A stretch of DNA of 64,000 bases from Nitrospirota bacterium. Lineage in GTDB: Bacteria > Nitrospirota > UBA9217. Each line of letters begins with the position of its first letter. Position 1 is the first letter of the stretch. Where the stretch lies: contig CAVVOB010000030.1 in assembly GCA_963749655.1 (NCBI GenBank), positions 224,001 to 288,000 of the forward strand, given 5' to 3'. A program made the translations under genes and the position numbers. Below the pieces are notes generated by a model. The model ran no database searches and was not told where the DNA came from. It worked only from the letters and a program-made list of their open reading frames with translations. Below, piece after piece: positions 37,673 through 49,994 of the stretch.

Positions 37673-39766
37673 TTGGCTAGGCAGTATTCACTGGAAAATA
37701 CACGCAACATCGGGATTATGGCCCACATTGACGCCGGGAAAACGACGACGACCGAGCGTATTCTGTATTATACCGGTGTTTCTTATAAGATTGGCGAAGT
37801 GCACGACGGTACCGCGGTCATGGACTGGATGGTCCAGGAGCAGGAGCGCGGGATAACGATTACATCAGCGGCGACGACCTGCTTCTGGCGCGATAAGCGC
37901 ATCAATATAATTGATACGCCAGGCCATGTGGATTTTACGATTGAAGTGGAACGGTCGCTGCGGGTTCTTGACGGCGCGGTAGCAGCCTTCGACTCAGTGA
38001 GCGGAGTAGAGCCGCAGTCCGAGACGGTCTGGCGCCAGGCAGATAAATACAAAGTCCCGCGTATCGCATTCATGAACAAGATGGACCGTATAGGCGCGGA
38101 CTTCTATATGAGCGTTCAGTCGATGATTGACCGTCTCGGTGCGAATGCAGTGCCGATCCAGCTTCCCGTCGGTGCCGAGGATAAGTTCCGCGGCTGCATT
38201 GACCTGGTGAAGATGAAAGCCGTACTGTTCAACGACGAGACGCTTGGTGCAAAATACGTTGTTGAAGATATACCCGCAGACCTCCTCCCTCAGGCGAAAG
38301 AATACCGGGAGCGGATGATCGAAAAGATCGCTGATGCGGATGACACGGTCATGGAAAGGTTCCTGAATGGCGAGGTGCCTACGGAGGCCGAGATCATGAC
38401 CGCAATCCGCAAGGGCACGATCTCCATGAAGATATTCCCGGTCATCTGCGGGTCGGCATTTAAAAACAAAGGTGTGCAGTTGCTGCTCGACGCAGTCGTA
38501 GATTATCTCCCTTCACCGTTGGATATTCCCCCCGTTACGGGTATCGACCCGAAGGGCGGCGGAGAAATAACACGTTTGACGTCTGATAGCGAACCTTTTG
38601 CGGCCGTGGCTTTCAAGATCATGACGGATCCCTTCGTAGGACAGCTGACCTTTATCAGGGTCTACTCCGGGACACTGAACTCCGGATCGTATGTTTATAA
38701 CTCAACAAAAGGGCAGCGGGAGCGTGTCGGCAGGCTGCTCAAGATGCATGCGAACAAACGCGAAGAGATCCAGGAAATCTACTCCGGGGATATCTGTGCG
38801 GCCGTTGGGCTCAAGAGCACACTGACTGGCCATACGCTGTGCGATGAGAATAAACCGGTTATCCTCGAAGCGATGACGTTCCCGGAACCGGTGATCCACA
38901 TCGCTATCGAGCCGAAGACCAAAGCGGACCAGGAAAAACTTGGACTTTCTCTCCAGAAACTGATGCAGGAAGACCCGTCGTTCCGTGTTCATACTGACCA
39001 GGAAACCGGTCAAACCATCATTTCCGGTATGGGCGAATTGCACCTGGAGATCATTGTCGATCGTCTGATGCGAGAGTTCAAAGTTGATGCAAATGTTGGA
39101 AAGCCTCAGGTTGCTTATCGTGAAACGATCAAGAAGAAGGTAACGGCGGAAGGTAAGTTTGTTCGTCAGTCCGGTGGCCGCGGTCAGTATGGGCATGCGG
39201 TGCTGGAACTCGAGCCTCAGGAGCCGGGAAAAGGCTTTGAGTTTGTTAATAAGGTCGTGGGCGGTGCAGTGCCCAAGGAATATGTTGCTCCGATCGGGAA
39301 AGGCATTGAAGAGGCGATGGAGAATGGAGTAATCGCCGGCTACCCAATGGTTGATATAAAGGTTACGCTCATTGACGGCTCCTACCATGATGTCGATTCC
39401 TCGGAAATGGCGTTCAAGATAGCCGGTTCCATGGGCTTCAAGGAAGGTGCGGCAAAGGCCAATCCGACCTTGCTTGAACCTATCATGGCTGTCGAAGTTG
39501 TCTGCGCCGAAGAGTATATGGGCGATATTATCGGAGACCTCAATTCCCGTCGCGGACGGGTACAGGGCATGAATATTCGGGGCTCCGGACGAGTCATTAC
39601 TGCTCAGGTGCCTCTGTCCGAGATGTTCGGTTATGCTACGGACATCCGATCCAAAACCCAGGGCAGAGCTACCTATACTATGCAGTTCGCACATTATGAG
39701 GAAGTGCCTAAGACGATATCCGAGCAGATCATAGCGAAGGTAAAGGGCGAGGCAGTTAAGAAGTAA
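37673..39766 (+). CDS. fusA: Elongation factor G
   Basis: [34 protein letters not shown]. Confidence 0.99.
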   Translation: MARQYSLENTRNIGIMAHIDAGKTTTTERILYYTGVSYKIGEVHDGTAVMDWMVQEQERGITITSAATTCFWRDKRINIIDTPGHVDFTIEVERSLRVLDGAVAAFDSVSGVEPQSETVWRQADKYKVPRIAFMNKMDRIGADFYMSVQSMIDRLGANAVPIQLPVGAEDKFRGCIDLVKMKAVLFNDETLGAKYVVEDIPADLLPQAKEYRERMIEKIADADDTVMERFLNGEVPTEAEIMTAIRKGTISMKIFPVICGSAFKNKGVQLLLDAVVDYLPSPLDIPPVTGIDPKGGGEITRLTSDSEPFAAVAFKIMTDPFVGQLTFIRVYSGTLNSGSYVYNSTKGQRERVGRLLKMHANKREEIQEIYSGDICAAVGLKSTLTGHTLCDENKPVILEAMTFPEPVIHIAIEPKTKADQEKLGLSLQKLMQEDPSFRVHTDQETGQTIISGMGELHLEIIVDRLMREFKVDANVGKPQVAYRETIKKKVTAEGKFVRQSGGRGQYGHAVLELEPQEPGKGFEFVNKVVGGAVPKEYVAPIGKGIEEAMENGVIAGYPMVDIKVTLIDGSYHDVDSSEMAFKIAGSMGFKEGAAKANPTLLEPIMAVEVVCAEEYMGDIIGDLNSRRGRVQGMNIRGSGRVITAQVPLSEMFGYATDIRSKTQGRATYTMQFAHYEEVPKTISEQIIAKVKGEAVKK

Positions 39767-39812
39767 TTTTTTAGTACATTAAGTTTTCACTTCCCTACAG
39801 GAGGGGTACGGC

Positions 39813-41012
39813 ATGGCAAAGGCAAAATTTGAGAGGACGAAACCACACGTGAACGTGGGCACCATCGGCCATGTGGACCACGGCAAGACGACCTTGACGG
39901 CGGCCATCACGAAGGTGCTTTCCTTCAAGAACATGGCGAGTTTTGTATCCTACGATAATATCGACAAGGCCCCGGAAGAACGCGAGCGCGGCATCACGAT
40001 CGCAACGGCGCACGTGGAGTACCAGACGGATAAGCGCCACTATGCCCATGTTGACTGCCCCGGTCACGCTGACTATGTGAAGAACATGATCACGGGTGCG
40101 GCGCAGATGGACGGCGCCATCCTGGTGGTGTCGGCCGCAGACGGCCCGATGCCGCAGACGCGCGAGCATATCCTGCTGGCCCGCCAGGTGGGCGTTCCGT
40201 ACATCGTGGTGTACATGAACAAGGTTGACATGGTAGACGACCCCGAGCTGATCGAGCTGGTCGAGCTGGAAGTTCGCGAACTGCTGTCGAAGTACCAGTT
40301 CCCCGGCGACAAGACCCCGATCGTGAAAGGGAGCGCCCTGAAGGCCCTCCAGAGCGAGAGCAAGGATGTGAATGCTCCTGAGTACAAGAGCATCATGGAG
40401 TTGATGGATGCCTTGGACAGCTACATTCCTCAACCGAAGCGCGATATCGATAAACCCTATCTCATGCCGATCGAAGACGTGTTTTCGATTGCCGGTCGCG
40501 GGACGGTGGTGACAGGCAGAATCGAGCGCGGCATCGTGAAGGTGAGCGACGAAATCGAGATCGTAGGCATCAAGCCGACGCAGAAGACGGTGGTCACGGG
40601 CGTTGAGATGTTCCGGAAGCTTCTGGACCAGGGAGAGGCAGGAGACAACGTTGGTGTGCTTCTTCGTGGTGTCAAGAAAGAGGACGTGGAGCGCGGCATG
40701 GTGCTGGCCAAGCCCGGGAGCATCACCCCCCACACCAAGTTCAAGGCAGAGGCGTATATTTTGACGAAGGAAGAGGGCGGCCGCCACACGCCGTTCTTCA
40801 ATGGCTACCGTCCGCAGTTTTACTTCCGTACGACGGACGTGACGGGCGTGGTAAAGCTGGCTGAAGGAGTGGAGATGGTTATGCCGGGCGATAATATGAG
40901 CTGCTCGGTAGAGCTGATCACGCCGATTGCCATGGACAAGGAGCTCCGGTTCGCCATCCGCGAGGGCGGCCGCACCGTGGGCGCCGGCGTCATCACTGAA
41001 GTGATCGAGTAA
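39813..41012 (+). CDS. tuf: Elongation factor Tu (copy 2)
   Basis: Protein identical to copy 1. Confidence 0.98.
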   Translation: MAKAKFERTKPHVNVGTIGHVDHGKTTLTAAITKVLSFKNMASFVSYDNIDKAPEERERGITIATAHVEYQTDKRHYAHVDCPGHADYVKNMITGAAQMDGAILVVSAADGPMPQTREHILLARQVGVPYIVVYMNKVDMVDDPELIELVELEVRELLSKYQFPGDKTPIVKGSALKALQSESKDVNAPEYKSIMELMDALDSYIPQPKRDIDKPYLMPIEDVFSIAGRGTVVTGRIERGIVKVSDEIEIVGIKPTQKTVVTGVEMFRKLLDQGEAGDNVGVLLRGVKKEDVERGMVLAKPGSITPHTKFKAEAYILTKEEGGRHTPFFNGYRPQFYFRTTDVTGVVKLAEGVEMVMPGDNMSCSVELITPIAMDKELRFAIREGGRTVGAGVITEVIE

Positions 41013-41033
41013 GAGAGAGAGAAGGGACAGCAC

Positions 41034-41339
41034 GTGACACAGAAGATCAGAATACGCTTAAAAGGCTACGACCACAGATTGCTGGACCAGTCAGCTGTGG
41101 AGATCATGGATACGGCAAAACGGACTGGCGCAAAAGTATCTGGGCCCATTCCGCTTCCGACCAGAATCAACCGTTGGACCGTGCTTCGGTCTCCCCACGT
41201 GGACAAAAAATCCCGTGAGCAGTTCGAGATCAGGACGCACAAACGATTGATGGACATTCTTGATCCGACTCCGCAGACGGTCGATGCTCTGATGAAGCTG
41301 GATCTGGCTGCAGGCGTTGACGTGGAGATAAAATTGTAG
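41034..41339 (+). CDS. rpsJ: 30S ribosomal protein S10
   Basis: [21 protein letters not shown]. Confidence 0.98.
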   Translation: MTQKIRIRLKGYDHRLLDQSAVEIMDTAKRTGAKVSGPIPLPTRINRWTVLRSPHVDKKSREQFEIRTHKRLMDILDPTPQTVDALMKLDLAAGVDVEIKL

Positions 41340-41425
41340 TTCTGGGGCCGGGCTGCTCAGGGAACCGAGATGATGCAAAAATACTCGGGGGAAACTGATC
41401 GGACTGGCGTGTGAAGGGAAATGCA

Positions 41426-42040
41426 ATGAGCAAGGGATTAATTGGGAAAAAAATAGGGATGAGCCAGCATTTCCGCGGCGGTGAACTTATTCCCGTAACG
41501 GTGATCCAGGCCGGACCCTGCACCGTGGTGCAGAAGAAAACCGCAGCAAAGGACGGTTACGATTCCGTTCAACTCGCGTTCAGTGAAGAAAAAAAGAAAG
41601 AGCGAGTGACGAAAGCAATGGCCGGTCATTTTCAGAAGGCGAGTATCAATCCGCACCGGTTTCTCAGGGAATTCCGGACCGCTGAGTACGAGCAGGGGCA
41701 AACCGTTACGGTGGAAATGTTTCAGAAGGGTGAGCGTATTGCCGTTAGCGGCGTAAGCAAGGGAAAAGGATTCGCTGGCGTCATGAAGCGCCATAACTTT
41801 GCCGGAGGACCGGGAGGCCACGGTTCCATGTTTAATCGAAGACCCGGTTCAATCGGCGCCAGTGCTTATCCATCTCGCGTTTGGCCGGGTAAAAAACTTC
41901 CCGGTCACATGGGCACGGTAAACGTTACGATCAAAAATATCGAGATCGTCGAAGTTCGTCCGGACCAGAACCTCTTGTTCGTTCGGGGAGCAGTCCCGGG
42001 CGGTGAGAACGGGCTTGTCCTTATTTATAAGGCTGATTAA
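41426..42040 (+). CDS. rplC: 50S ribosomal protein L3
   Basis: GKKIGMSQ, SKGKGFAGVMKRH, GHMG. Confidence 0.98.
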   Translation: MSKGLIGKKIGMSQHFRGGELIPVTVIQAGPCTVVQKKTAAKDGYDSVQLAFSEEKKKERVTKAMAGHFQKASINPHRFLREFRTAEYEQGQTVTVEMFQKGERIAVSGVSKGKGFAGVMKRHNFAGGPGGHGSMFNRRPGSIGASAYPSRVWPGKKLPGHMGTVNVTIKNIEIVEVRPDQNLLFVRGAVPGGENGLVLIYKAD

Positions 42041-42066
42041 TATTCAGGAAGCAGGGGAATAGGAAA

Positions 42067-42690
42067 ATGCCGTCAGTCGCAATAGTAGACCAGAATAATA
42101 AAAAAGTGAAGGATGTTGAACTTCCCAGCCTTTTTTCCACGGAAGTGAGGCCCTACCTTCTGCACACAGCAGTGGTAAATCAGCTGGCAAACAGAAGGGC
42201 CGGTACGGCTGCCACTAAGAATAAGGCTCTGGTGAGCGGTGGCGGCAAAAAGCCGTTTAAGCAGAAGGGCACAGGCAGAGCGCGTGCCGGCAGCAACCGG
42301 TCCCCTCTGTGGCGGCACGGTGGAACGATTTTCGGACCTATGCCGAGAGATTATTCCTCCGCCCTACCCAAGAAAACGAAGCGGGCAGCACTTATTGATG
42401 CAGTAGCGTCAAAGGTCTCCGAAAACAGGTTGGTCCTCCTCGATAATCTCAACCTGGCGGAACCCAAGACCAAGCTGATGTCGACAATGCTCGAGGCGCT
42501 GGGGATTCAGGAAAACGCCCTTGTGCTTATTTTGGGCGAGAACATCAATCTGCGACTTGCATCGCGAAACATTCCTTCGGTCAAAGTGCTCAAGATGGAT
42601 AACATCAATGTGTATGATCTGCTCAAGTACCGTTACCTCATCACCACGCAGGACGCATTGAACGCCATGCAGGAGGTGTACGGAAAATGA
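42067..42690 (+). CDS. rplD: 50S ribosomal protein L4
   Basis: KPFKQKGTGRARAGS. Confidence 0.98.
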   Translation: MPSVAIVDQNNKKVKDVELPSLFSTEVRPYLLHTAVVNQLANRRAGTAATKNKALVSGGGKKPFKQKGTGRARAGSNRSPLWRHGGTIFGPMPRDYSSALPKKTKRAALIDAVASKVSENRLVLLDNLNLAEPKTKLMSTMLEALGIQENALVLILGENINLRLASRNIPSVKVLKMDNINVYDLLKYRYLITTQDALNAMQEVYGK

Positions 42691-42980
42691 TGGGCGATCT
42701 TTATGATATCATCCGGGTCCCGCGCATTACCGAGAAAGGTGCGCGACTCAAGGAAAAGAACAATGTTCTGACCTTTGAAGTAAGTGTCAGCGCCAACAAA
42801 ATACAGGTAAAAAAGGCGATTGAAGGAATTTTCAAGGTAAAAGTTGCAGATATTACGACCGTTAAGAATGCAGGAAAAAAGAAGCGCGTCGGAACAAGAT
42901 TGGGCCGTCGGTCCGATTGGAAAAAAGCATATGTGACGCTGAAGCCAGGCGAAAAGATAGATATATTTGAGGGTGCTTAA
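42687..42980 (+). CDS. rplW: 50S ribosomal protein L23
   Basis: ITEK, ANKIQVK, WKKAYVTL. Confidence 0.97.
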   Translation: MMGDLYDIIRVPRITEKGARLKEKNNVLTFEVSVSANKIQVKKAIEGIFKVKVADITTVKNAGKKKRVGTRLGRRSDWKKAYVTLKPGEKIDIFEGA

Positions 42981-43808
42981 ATGCCGGTAAAGTCCTACAA
43001 TCCAACATCTCCGGGGAGACGGTTCCAAACAACTTCTACCTTTGAAGAAGTGACAAGAAGCACGCCGGAGAAATCGCTTCTCGTGAAGCTCAGCCAGAGC
43101 GGCGGACGAAATAACCGCGGCAAAGTTACCGTCCGTTATCGGGGCGGCTGGCACAAGAAAAAATATCGGATCGTCGATTTCAGACGTGATAAGATCGGAA
43201 TTCCTGCCAAGATCGCAGCCATCGAATATGATCCGAACCGCACAGCGCGCATTGCCCTTCTTCATTATGCCGATGGTGAAAAGCGGTATATCCTCGCTCC
43301 GCTCGGATTGAAGGTGGGCGATACGGTAGTGTCCGGGCCTGATGCCGACATTAAGCCCGGGAACGCCCTTCCCTTGGCGTCGATTCCCGTTGGCACCATG
43401 CTTCACAACGTAGAGCTCAAGAAGGGCTCCGGCGGACAGCTTGCCCGGAGTGCCGGCGCATCCGCGCAGCTTCTTGCGAGAGAAGGCGAGTACGCGACGA
43501 TACGGCTGAACTCAGGTGAAGTACGCATGGTCCGTTCCGAGTGTATGGCGTCAATCGGACAAGTTGGAAATTTGGATCACGAAAATATCAGCATCGGGAA
43601 GGCCGGTAGATCCCGATGGATGGGCATGCGGCCGAGAGTTCGTGGCGTGGCAAAAAACCCGGTTGACCATCCCCTCGGAGGCGGTGAGGGCAAGTCATCG
43701 GGCGGCAGACCGGGGTGTTCCCCGTGGGGTCTCCCTGATGGAACAAAGACCCGGAAAAACAAGACAACGACAAAGTTTATTATTTCACGAAGAACAAAGA
43801 GCAGGTAA
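42981..43808 (+). CDS. rplB: 50S ribosomal protein L2
   Basis: [22 protein letters not shown]. Confidence 0.98.
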   Translation: MPVKSYNPTSPGRRFQTTSTFEEVTRSTPEKSLLVKLSQSGGRNNRGKVTVRYRGGWHKKKYRIVDFRRDKIGIPAKIAAIEYDPNRTARIALLHYADGEKRYILAPLGLKVGDTVVSGPDADIKPGNALPLASIPVGTMLHNVELKKGSGGQLARSAGASAQLLAREGEYATIRLNSGEVRMVRSECMASIGQVGNLDHENISIGKAGRSRWMGMRPRVRGVAKNPVDHPLGGGEGKSSGGRPGCSPWGLPDGTKTRKNKTTTKFIISRRTKSR

Positions 43809-43832
43809 ACAAAGAAAAAGCGGAGGAATACG

Positions 43833-44123
43833 GTGCCGAGATCAGTTAAAAAAGGCCCTTTTATCGACGGGAGCCTCATGAAAAAGGTTGAGTCCATGAA
43901 TACGACGGGAGAGAAGAAACTCCTTAAGACATGGTCCCGAAGATCGACGATTACGCCTGAATTTGTTGGGCACACCATCGCGGTACACAACGGCAAAAAG
44001 TTTATCCCTGTGTATGTCGGTGAGAACATGGTCGGACACAAGCTGGGAGAATTTTCGCCGACGCGTACGTTCAAGGCGCACGGTGGATCAAAGGCTGCGG
44101 AAAAGGCGAGCGCTCCGAAGTAA
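43833..44123 (+). CDS. rpsS: 30S ribosomal protein S19
   Basis: [20 protein letters not shown]. Confidence 0.98.
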   Translation: MPRSVKKGPFIDGSLMKKVESMNTTGEKKLLKTWSRRSTITPEFVGHTIAVHNGKKFIPVYVGENMVGHKLGEFSPTRTFKAHGGSKAAEKASAPK

Positions 44124-44160
44124 TTCGGATCGCGCCGTTCATGAGAGTGAGGATGTCAGT

Positions 44161-44490
44161 ATGGAAGCAAGCGCAACAGTAAGACATATACGCATCACGC
44201 CGCGCAAGGCGCGACAGGTTATTGATCTTATTCGCGGGAAAAGGGTGGGGGACGCCATTAATATCCTCACCTTTACACCGCTTCATGCAGCACGTATTGT
44301 CAAGAAACTTCTTGATTCCGCAGTGGCCAACGCTGAGCAGAAAAAGGTCGGCGACCTGGATACGCTCACGGTAGCCAAGGCATACGTCAACCAGGGTGTC
44401 ACCATGAAGCGTATGCGGGCAAGGGCTATGGGCCGGGGCAATGTGATTAAGAAGAGGACCAGCCACATAACGGTGGTTCTTTCGGCATAG
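44161..44490 (+). CDS. rplV: 50S ribosomal protein L22
   Basis: ITPRKAR, RARAMGR, KRTSHI. Confidence 0.97.
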   Translation: MEASATVRHIRITPRKARQVIDLIRGKRVGDAINILTFTPLHAARIVKKLLDSAVANAEQKKVGDLDTLTVAKAYVNQGVTMKRMRARAMGRGNVIKKRTSHITVVLSA

Positions 44491-44510
44491 GTTTACTGAA
44501 CGGAGGCATC

Positions 44511-45155
44511 ATGGGACAGAAGGTACATCCGGTCGGGTTTCGACTGGGGATAATAAAGACGTGGGAATCCCGCTGGTTTTCTCAAAAGAACTACGCAGCG
44601 CTCCTGCACGAGGACATCCGCATCCGTAAGATCGTTAAGGAGCGGCTTATGCATGCCGGAGTTGCCAAAGTGGAGATTGAGCGGGCAGGCCAGAAGGCAA
44701 AAATCAATATTCATACCGCCCGCCCCGGCATCATTATCGGCAAGAAAGGCGCCGAGGTAGACAAACTTAAAAAAGATCTCGAAGCCATGACCGGCAAGCA
44801 GATGTATATCAATATTCAGGAAATCAGACGGCCTGAGCTCGATGCGCAACTTGTTGCCGAGAATATTGCGCTCCAGCTGGAGCGGCGTATTGCGTTCCGC
44901 AGGGCAATGAAAAAAGCTGTCACTTCGGCACTTCGCTTGGGTGCGCAGGGAATCAAAATCACCTGTGCGGGCCGGCTCGCCGGTGCTGAAATAGCAAGGA
45001 CCGAGTGGTATCGCGAGGGCCGCGTTCCTCTCCACACTTTGCGGGCAGATATCAACTACGGATTCTTTGAGGCCAAGACCACGATGGGTCAGATTGGCGT
45101 CAAGGTATGGATTTATCGCGGAGATATTCTTCAGCAGCCGACCAGCGCTGCTTGA
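44511..45155 (+). CDS. rpsC: 30S ribosomal protein S3
   Basis: [25 protein letters not shown]. Confidence 0.98.
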   Translation: MGQKVHPVGFRLGIIKTWESRWFSQKNYAALLHEDIRIRKIVKERLMHAGVAKVEIERAGQKAKINIHTARPGIIIGKKGAEVDKLKKDLEAMTGKQMYINIQEIRRPELDAQLVAENIALQLERRIAFRRAMKKAVTSALRLGAQGIKITCAGRLAGAEIARTEWYREGRVPLHTLRADINYGFFEAKTTMGQIGVKVWIYRGDILQQPTSAA

Positions 45156-45200
45156 GCGCTCAGTGCTGAGCGAATTATAAGGGATTAAAGGACTGCAATC

Positions 45201-45617
45201 ATGTTGGCACCAAAACGAGTAAAACACCGGAAGATGCATAAGGGCAGGATGAAGGGTACGGCCTACCGTGGTGCGGAAGTGAGCTACGGTGAGTTCGGCC
45301 TGAAAGTCATGGAGCCGGGATGGATCACGAGCAGACAAATTGAAGCTGCACGTATCGCTATGACCCGCTATGTAAAACGAGGCGGCAAAATATGGATTCG
45401 AATTTTCCCGGATAAGCCGATAACGAAAAAACCCGCCGAGACCCGCATGGGAAAAGGAAAAGGCGCGCCGGAGTACTGGGTAGCGGTTGTTAAGCCGGGT
45501 CGCGTGCTGTATGAAATGGGCGGCGTTGACGAGTCCGTGGCCAGAGAAGCGTTCCGGTTGGCGGCATATAAATTGCCGATTGCCACAAAGTTCGTCTCCC
45601 GGGAGGCTGAAATATGA
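45201..45617 (+). CDS. rplP: 50S ribosomal protein L16
   Basis: [16 protein letters not shown]. Confidence 0.98.
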   Translation: MLAPKRVKHRKMHKGRMKGTAYRGAEVSYGEFGLKVMEPGWITSRQIEAARIAMTRYVKRGGKIWIRIFPDKPITKKPAETRMGKGKGAPEYWVAVVKPGRVLYEMGGVDESVAREAFRLAAYKLPIATKFVSREAEI

Positions 45618-45814
45618 AAACACGAGCACGGGAATTGAGGGATTTGTCGACCGATGAACTGCAAGCCAAAGCTGTTGAGCTGAAGCAGGAACTTTTTAAC
45701 CTCCGGATTCAGCAGGCAATGGGTCAGATAGAGAACCCCATGCGGTTGAGAACGTTGCGCAAGGATATTGCAAAAGCAAAAACGGTGTTAAAGGAAAAAT
45801 ATGGACGAAGCTAA
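45614..45814 (+). CDS. rpmC: 50S ribosomal protein L29
   Basis: [14 protein letters not shown]; operon position. Confidence 0.96.
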   Translation: MKTRARELRDLSTDELQAKAVELKQELFNLRIQQAMGQIENPMRLRTLRKDIAKAKTVLKEKYGRS

Positions 45815-46058
45815 AAAGAGAAAAGCGTACATTGGACAGGTCATCAGCGACAAAATGGACAAGACTGTTGTGCTGGCGGTAACGAGGCGCATTGCGCATT
45901 CTCGGTATGGCAAGACCGTCAAGCGCACCACGAAGTTCAAGGCCCATGATGAAAAGAATGAGTGCAAGGTGGGCGATGTTGTGAAGTTCATCGAAACGCG
46001 CCCGTTGTCAAAGGAAAAACGGTGGAAGGTTCTCGAAATTGTCGAGAAAGCCAACTAA
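45801..46058 (+). CDS. rpsQ: 30S ribosomal protein S17
   Basis: SDKMDKT, AHDEKN, ETRPLSK. Confidence 0.97.
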   Translation: MDEAKKRKAYIGQVISDKMDKTVVLAVTRRIAHSRYGKTVKRTTKFKAHDEKNECKVGDVVKFIETRPLSKEKRWKVLEIVEKAN

Positions 46059-46093
46059 TTAATCAGGCGATAGATTTCGCAGAGGATTGAGAG

Positions 46094-46462
46094 ATGATTC
46101 AGCAGCAGACCGTTCTGGACGTTGCCGATAATTCCGGCGCAAAAAAAGTCATGTGCATCAAGGTTCTTGGCGGTACGCGGAAGCGCTACGCCACCCTGGG
46201 CGATGTAATCGTGGTGGCTATTAAGATCGCGATTCCCGAGGGACAGGTAAAAAAAGGGACCGTGGCCAAAGCGGTCGTCGTCCGCACAACGAAGGAAGTG
46301 CGCCGGCAGGATGGGTCCTATATTAAGTTTGACAGGAATGCTGCGGTGCTCATCAATAACTCAAATGAGCCGATCGGAACGCGTATCTTCGGGCCGGTTG
46401 CCCGCGAGCTTCGCAAGAAAAATTTCATGAAAATTATCTCGCTGGCGCCCGAGGTTCTGTAG
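46094..46462 (+). CDS. rplN: 50S ribosomal protein L14
   Basis: [20 protein letters not shown]. Confidence 0.98.
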   Translation: MIQQQTVLDVADNSGAKKVMCIKVLGGTRKRYATLGDVIVVAIKIAIPEGQVKKGTVAKAVVVRTTKEVRRQDGSYIKFDRNAAVLINNSNEPIGTRIFGPVARELRKKNFMKIISLAPEVL

Positions 46463-46505
46463 TTTCAGCCGAGAAATCCAGCCGAGGACAAGCAGGAACG
46501 ATAAA

Positions 46506-46817
46506 ATGCTGATAAAGAAAAATGACAATGTAATGGTGATCTCCGGTAAGGAGAAGGGAAAGCGGGGCAGGGTCATCGCCGTTTACCCCACAACCAACAG
46601 GATTCTGGTGGAAAAACTCAACATGATCAAGCGCCATACGCGCCCCAATCAGCAGCTGCGTCAGGGCGGTATTGTTGAGAAGGAAAGCCCCCTTGCCGCA
46701 TCGAATGTCCGTCTGGTATGCTCGAAGTGCGACAAGCCCACGAGCACCGCACGGAAGGACCAAGGGGATGGTACGCGTGCACGAGTGTGCAAGCTCTGCA
46801 GTGAGACGATTGATTGA
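46506..46817 (+). CDS. rplX: 50S ribosomal protein L24
   Basis: VISGKEKGKRG, GGIVEKE. Confidence 0.97.
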   Translation: MLIKKNDNVMVISGKEKGKRGRVIAVYPTTNRILVEKLNMIKRHTRPNQQLRQGGIVEKESPLAASNVRLVCSKCDKPTSTARKDQGDGTRARVCKLCSETID

Positions 46818-46877
46818 GCATGCATGCGCAGCTGAACGGTAGAGATATCAAAGCTCGTTAAATAGGATAAGCAAACC

Positions 46878-47579
46878 ATGGCAGATAAAAAAGACAAAAA
46901 AGAAGAGTCAAAAAGCAGCCCCAAAAAAGCGGCGGCCAAGGCACCGAAAGCCGGTGCCAAGGGCAAGACTTCAGCTGCGGCAGAACAAAAACAGGCGCAG
47001 GACGAAAAGTCCCCGAAAAGCGCACCTGAGCAAATCCCGGTGCCGCGCTTGAAAAAACGGTACCATGACGTTGCCGTTCCTTCACTCATGAAGGAGTTCC
47101 AGTATAAGAACCCCATGCAGGCGCCGAAGCTTGTGAAGATCGTTCTTAACATGGGCATGGGCGAGGCGATTACGAACGCAAAGGCGCTTGACCATGCGGC
47201 AGAGGAAATGACGAAGATTTCCGGACAGCGGCCCGTCATCACTCGTGCAAAGAAATCCATTGCAAACTACAAGCTGAGAGAGGGAATGCCGATCGGCTGC
47301 ATGGTCACTCTTCGGCGGGAGCGGATGTACGAGTTCCTCGACCGGTTTATCAGCGCGGCTTTGCCGAGAATCAGGGATTTCAAGGGCATTTCTTCAAAAT
47401 CCTTTGACGGGAGAGGAAATTACTCCCTGGGTATCAAAGAGCAGGTCATCTTCCCCGAGATAGAAATCGACAAGGTGGATTCGATTCACGGGATGGACAT
47501 TGTGATTGTGACAACGGCAAAAACCGATGAGGAGGGCAGGGCGTTGCTCGGCCACCTCGGCATGCCGTATCGGAAGTAG
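46878..47579 (+). CDS. rplE: 50S ribosomal protein L5 with ~54-aa Lys/Ala-rich N-terminal extension
   Basis: Core [31 protein letters not shown]; extension open in frame from ATG 46878. Confidence 0.95.
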   Translation: MADKKDKKEESKSSPKKAAAKAPKAGAKGKTSAAAEQKQAQDEKSPKSAPEQIPVPRLKKRYHDVAVPSLMKEFQYKNPMQAPKLVKIVLNMGMGEAITNAKALDHAAEEMTKISGQRPVITRAKKSIANYKLREGMPIGCMVTLRRERMYEFLDRFISAALPRIRDFKGISSKSFDGRGNYSLGIKEQVIFPEIEIDKVDSIHGMDIVIVTTAKTDEEGRALLGHLGMPYRK

Positions 47580-47608
47580 TCCGGACAGCCGGATATGATG
47601 GAGGAATA

Positions 47609-47794
47609 ATGGCAAAGAAGTCGCTGATCGCAAAGGCGCAGAGGCCTTCGAAGTTCAAAGTGCGAGATTATCACCGCTGTCCCCTGTGTGGACGCTCCCG
47701 GGGATATCTGAGAAAATTCGATATGTGCAGAATTTGTTTTAGGAACAGGGCGCTCCGGGGAGAGATTCCGGGTGTGACTAAGGCGAGCTGGTAA
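47609..47794 (+). CDS. rpsN: 30S ribosomal protein S14 type Z
   Basis: RCPLCGR...CRICFR, 61 aa. Confidence 0.97.
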   Translation: MAKKSLIAKAQRPSKFKVRDYHRCPLCGRSRGYLRKFDMCRICFRNRALRGEIPGVTKASW

Positions 47795-47812
47795 GTAAAG
47801 GGGTTTGAACCG

Positions 47813-48208
47813 ATGATGACCGATCCGATCGCGGACATGCTGACGCGTATCCGCAATGCCAGTAAGGCAAAACATGAAAAAGTTGATATTCCTTCATCAA
47901 AGCTGAAGATTGAGATCGCGAAGATTCTCAAGGATGAGGGTTATGTGAAGAATGTCAAGCTTGTAAAAGACCGCAGGCAGGGCTTGATCCGGGTGTATCT
48001 CAAATATACCGATGAGGAGCTGCCCGTGATCCAGGGCATCAAGCGGGTGAGCCGCCCAGGGTGCAGGGTTTATACCGGCAACGATTCAATTCCCAAAGTC
48101 TTGGCAGGACTCGGCACGGCGATTCTCTCCACGCCAAAGGGAATACAGACTGGTAAGCAGGCAAAGAAGGATAATGTCGGGGGAGAAGTTATCTGTCACG
48201 TGTGGTAG
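47813..48208 (+). CDS. rpsH: 30S ribosomal protein S8
   Basis: [13 protein letters not shown]. Confidence 0.98.
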   Translation: MMTDPIADMLTRIRNASKAKHEKVDIPSSKLKIEIAKILKDEGYVKNVKLVKDRRQGLIRVYLKYTDEELPVIQGIKRVSRPGCRVYTGNDSIPKVLAGLGTAILSTPKGIQTGKQAKKDNVGGEVICHVW

Positions 48209-48253
48209 TTTTTGTAGGATCATCTCGCTCTCATAAAGAGTTTAGGAGTTGTT

Positions 48254-48808
48254 ATGTCAAGGGTTGGTAAAAAACCGATTGAGATTCCATCCGGGGTCGA
48301 AGCAAAGCTCACGCCCGGGAAAATTACGCTCAAGGGACCGTTGGGCGAGATCAGTCAGGACTTGCATCCGAAGATGACGGTCAAAAAGGAGAGCAATCAG
48401 CTCCTCGTCGAACGGCCGACGAACCAGAAAATATATCGCGAACTCCATGGTCTGACGAGAAATCTGATCGCGAACATGGTTACCGGAGTGAGCAAGGGGT
48501 ACGAAAAAACCCTCGAAATTTCCGGCGTTGGTTTCAAAGCTGCGGTCGCGGCCCAGGGGGCGAATTTAATGCTCACTCTCGGCTTCTCTCATCCCATCGT
48601 TTATCCGCTTCCGAAAGGGATTAAAGCGACGGTTGATGCGAAGCAGACGCAGATTACGCTGAAGGGCGTGGACAAACAGCTGGTCGGACAGATTGCCGCT
48701 AACTTGAGGAGTCTCAAGAAGCCGGAACCGTATAAGGGAAAGGGAATCAAGTACAGTACTGAGGTCATTCAGCGCAAGGAAGGCAAAGCAGGTAAAGGCG
48801 GAAAATAA
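48254..48808 (+). CDS. rplF: 50S ribosomal protein L6
   Basis: MSRVGKKPI, PEPYKGKGI. Confidence 0.98.
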   Translation: MSRVGKKPIEIPSGVEAKLTPGKITLKGPLGEISQDLHPKMTVKKESNQLLVERPTNQKIYRELHGLTRNLIANMVTGVSKGYEKTLEISGVGFKAAVAAQGANLMLTLGFSHPIVYPLPKGIKATVDAKQTQITLKGVDKQLVGQIAANLRSLKKPEPYKGKGIKYSTEVIQRKEGKAGKGGK

Positions 48809-48858
48809 ATAACCTGACGTGCAGTTAATATGAGCAGGCAGGACGTGGAGATAGAAAC

Positions 48859-49221
48859 GTGGCACAGAGCAAATTAAAATCCAGGCAAAGACGACACGTA
48901 CGAATCAGAAAAAAAGTGCTCGGAACCGCAAGCAGGCCGAGATTGAGCGTATTTAAAAGCTTAAGCCATATCTACGCGCAGATCATAGACGACGCCACGG
49001 GGACGACGCTCATTACCGCATCTACCACAGAGAAAACCCTCAAGGCGGGCATAAAGCACGGCGGTAACGTTGCAGCTGCAAAAGCTGTCGGCGCCAGCAT
49101 CGCGGATCGGGCGCTTGGCAAGAACATCAAGGCGGTTGTTTTTGATCGTGGTGGTTATCAGTATCACGGATGCGTCAAGGCATTGGCGGAAGCAGCCCGT
49201 GAAAAGGGGCTCAGTTTTTAG
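48859..49221 (+). CDS. rplR: 50S ribosomal protein L18
   Basis: [19 protein letters not shown]. Confidence 0.98.
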   Translation: MAQSKLKSRQRRHVRIRKKVLGTASRPRLSVFKSLSHIYAQIIDDATGTTLITASTTEKTLKAGIKHGGNVAAAKAVGASIADRALGKNIKAVVFDRGGYQYHGCVKALAEAAREKGLSF

Positions 49222-49247
49222 GACCAGCATTAATATCGGAGGCGGCA

Positions 49248-49763
49248 TTGGCAGAACGATACAACAATACAAAAGATGCGGGTGAGGGAGACGGGCTGAA
49301 GGACAAGCTTGTTTACCTGAACCGGGTCGCCAAAGTGGTAAAGGGCGGCAAGCGCTTTAATTTCAGCGCACTTGTGGTTGTGGGGGATGGCCACGGGAAA
49401 ATCGGTGTCGGCAAGGGGAAAGCAGCCGAGGCGCCAGTGGCTATCAAGAAGGCGGTTGAACGCGCCAAGAAGAATATGGTGCTCGTCTCTCTCAAGGGAG
49501 ATACTATCCCCCATGAGGTGCTGGGACATTATGGCGCGGGCAAGGTATTGCTCAAGCCCGCTTCCGAAGGTACCGGCTTGATTGCCGGCGGTGCAAGCAG
49601 GTCCGTGCTCGAAGTCGTCGGCGTTCGCAATGTGCTCTGTAAGTCCCTCGGATCCAGCAATCCTCACAACGTAGTAAGCGCAACGATAAACGGCTTGACC
49701 AGATTGCGCAGCGTTGAGCAGGTGGCGGCGCTTCGGGGTAGATCAGTGGAGGAGTTTGCTTAA
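49248..49763 (+). CDS. rpsE: 30S ribosomal protein S5
   Basis: [21 protein letters not shown]. Confidence 0.98.
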   Translation: MAERYNNTKDAGEGDGLKDKLVYLNRVAKVVKGGKRFNFSALVVVGDGHGKIGVGKGKAAEAPVAIKKAVERAKKNMVLVSLKGDTIPHEVLGHYGAGKVLLKPASEGTGLIAGGASRSVLEVVGVRNVLCKSLGSSNPHNVVSATINGLTRLRSVEQVAALRGRSVEEFA

Positions 49764-49764
49764 C

Positions 49765-49965
49765 ATGGCGAAGAGCGGAGAAAAGCTGCTGAAGATCACC
49801 CTCGTAAAGAGCGGGATTGCAAGACCGGGAAAGCACAAGGTCGTTTTGATTGGACTGGGCCTTAAAAAACTGAACAAATCGGTGGTACGACAGGATACAC
49901 CTCAGATTCGCGGCATGCTTAATAAGGTCAGTCATCTGATCCATGTTGAGGAAGTAACCAAATAA
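49765..49965 (+). CDS. rpmD: 50S ribosomal protein L30
   Basis: [24 protein letters not shown]. Confidence 0.96.
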   Translation: MAKSGEKLLKITLVKSGIARPGKHKVVLIGLGLKKLNKSVVRQDTPQIRGMLNKVSHLIHVEEVTK

Positions 49966-49994
49966 TCGCCACGATCCAGGACAGGATTATCATT

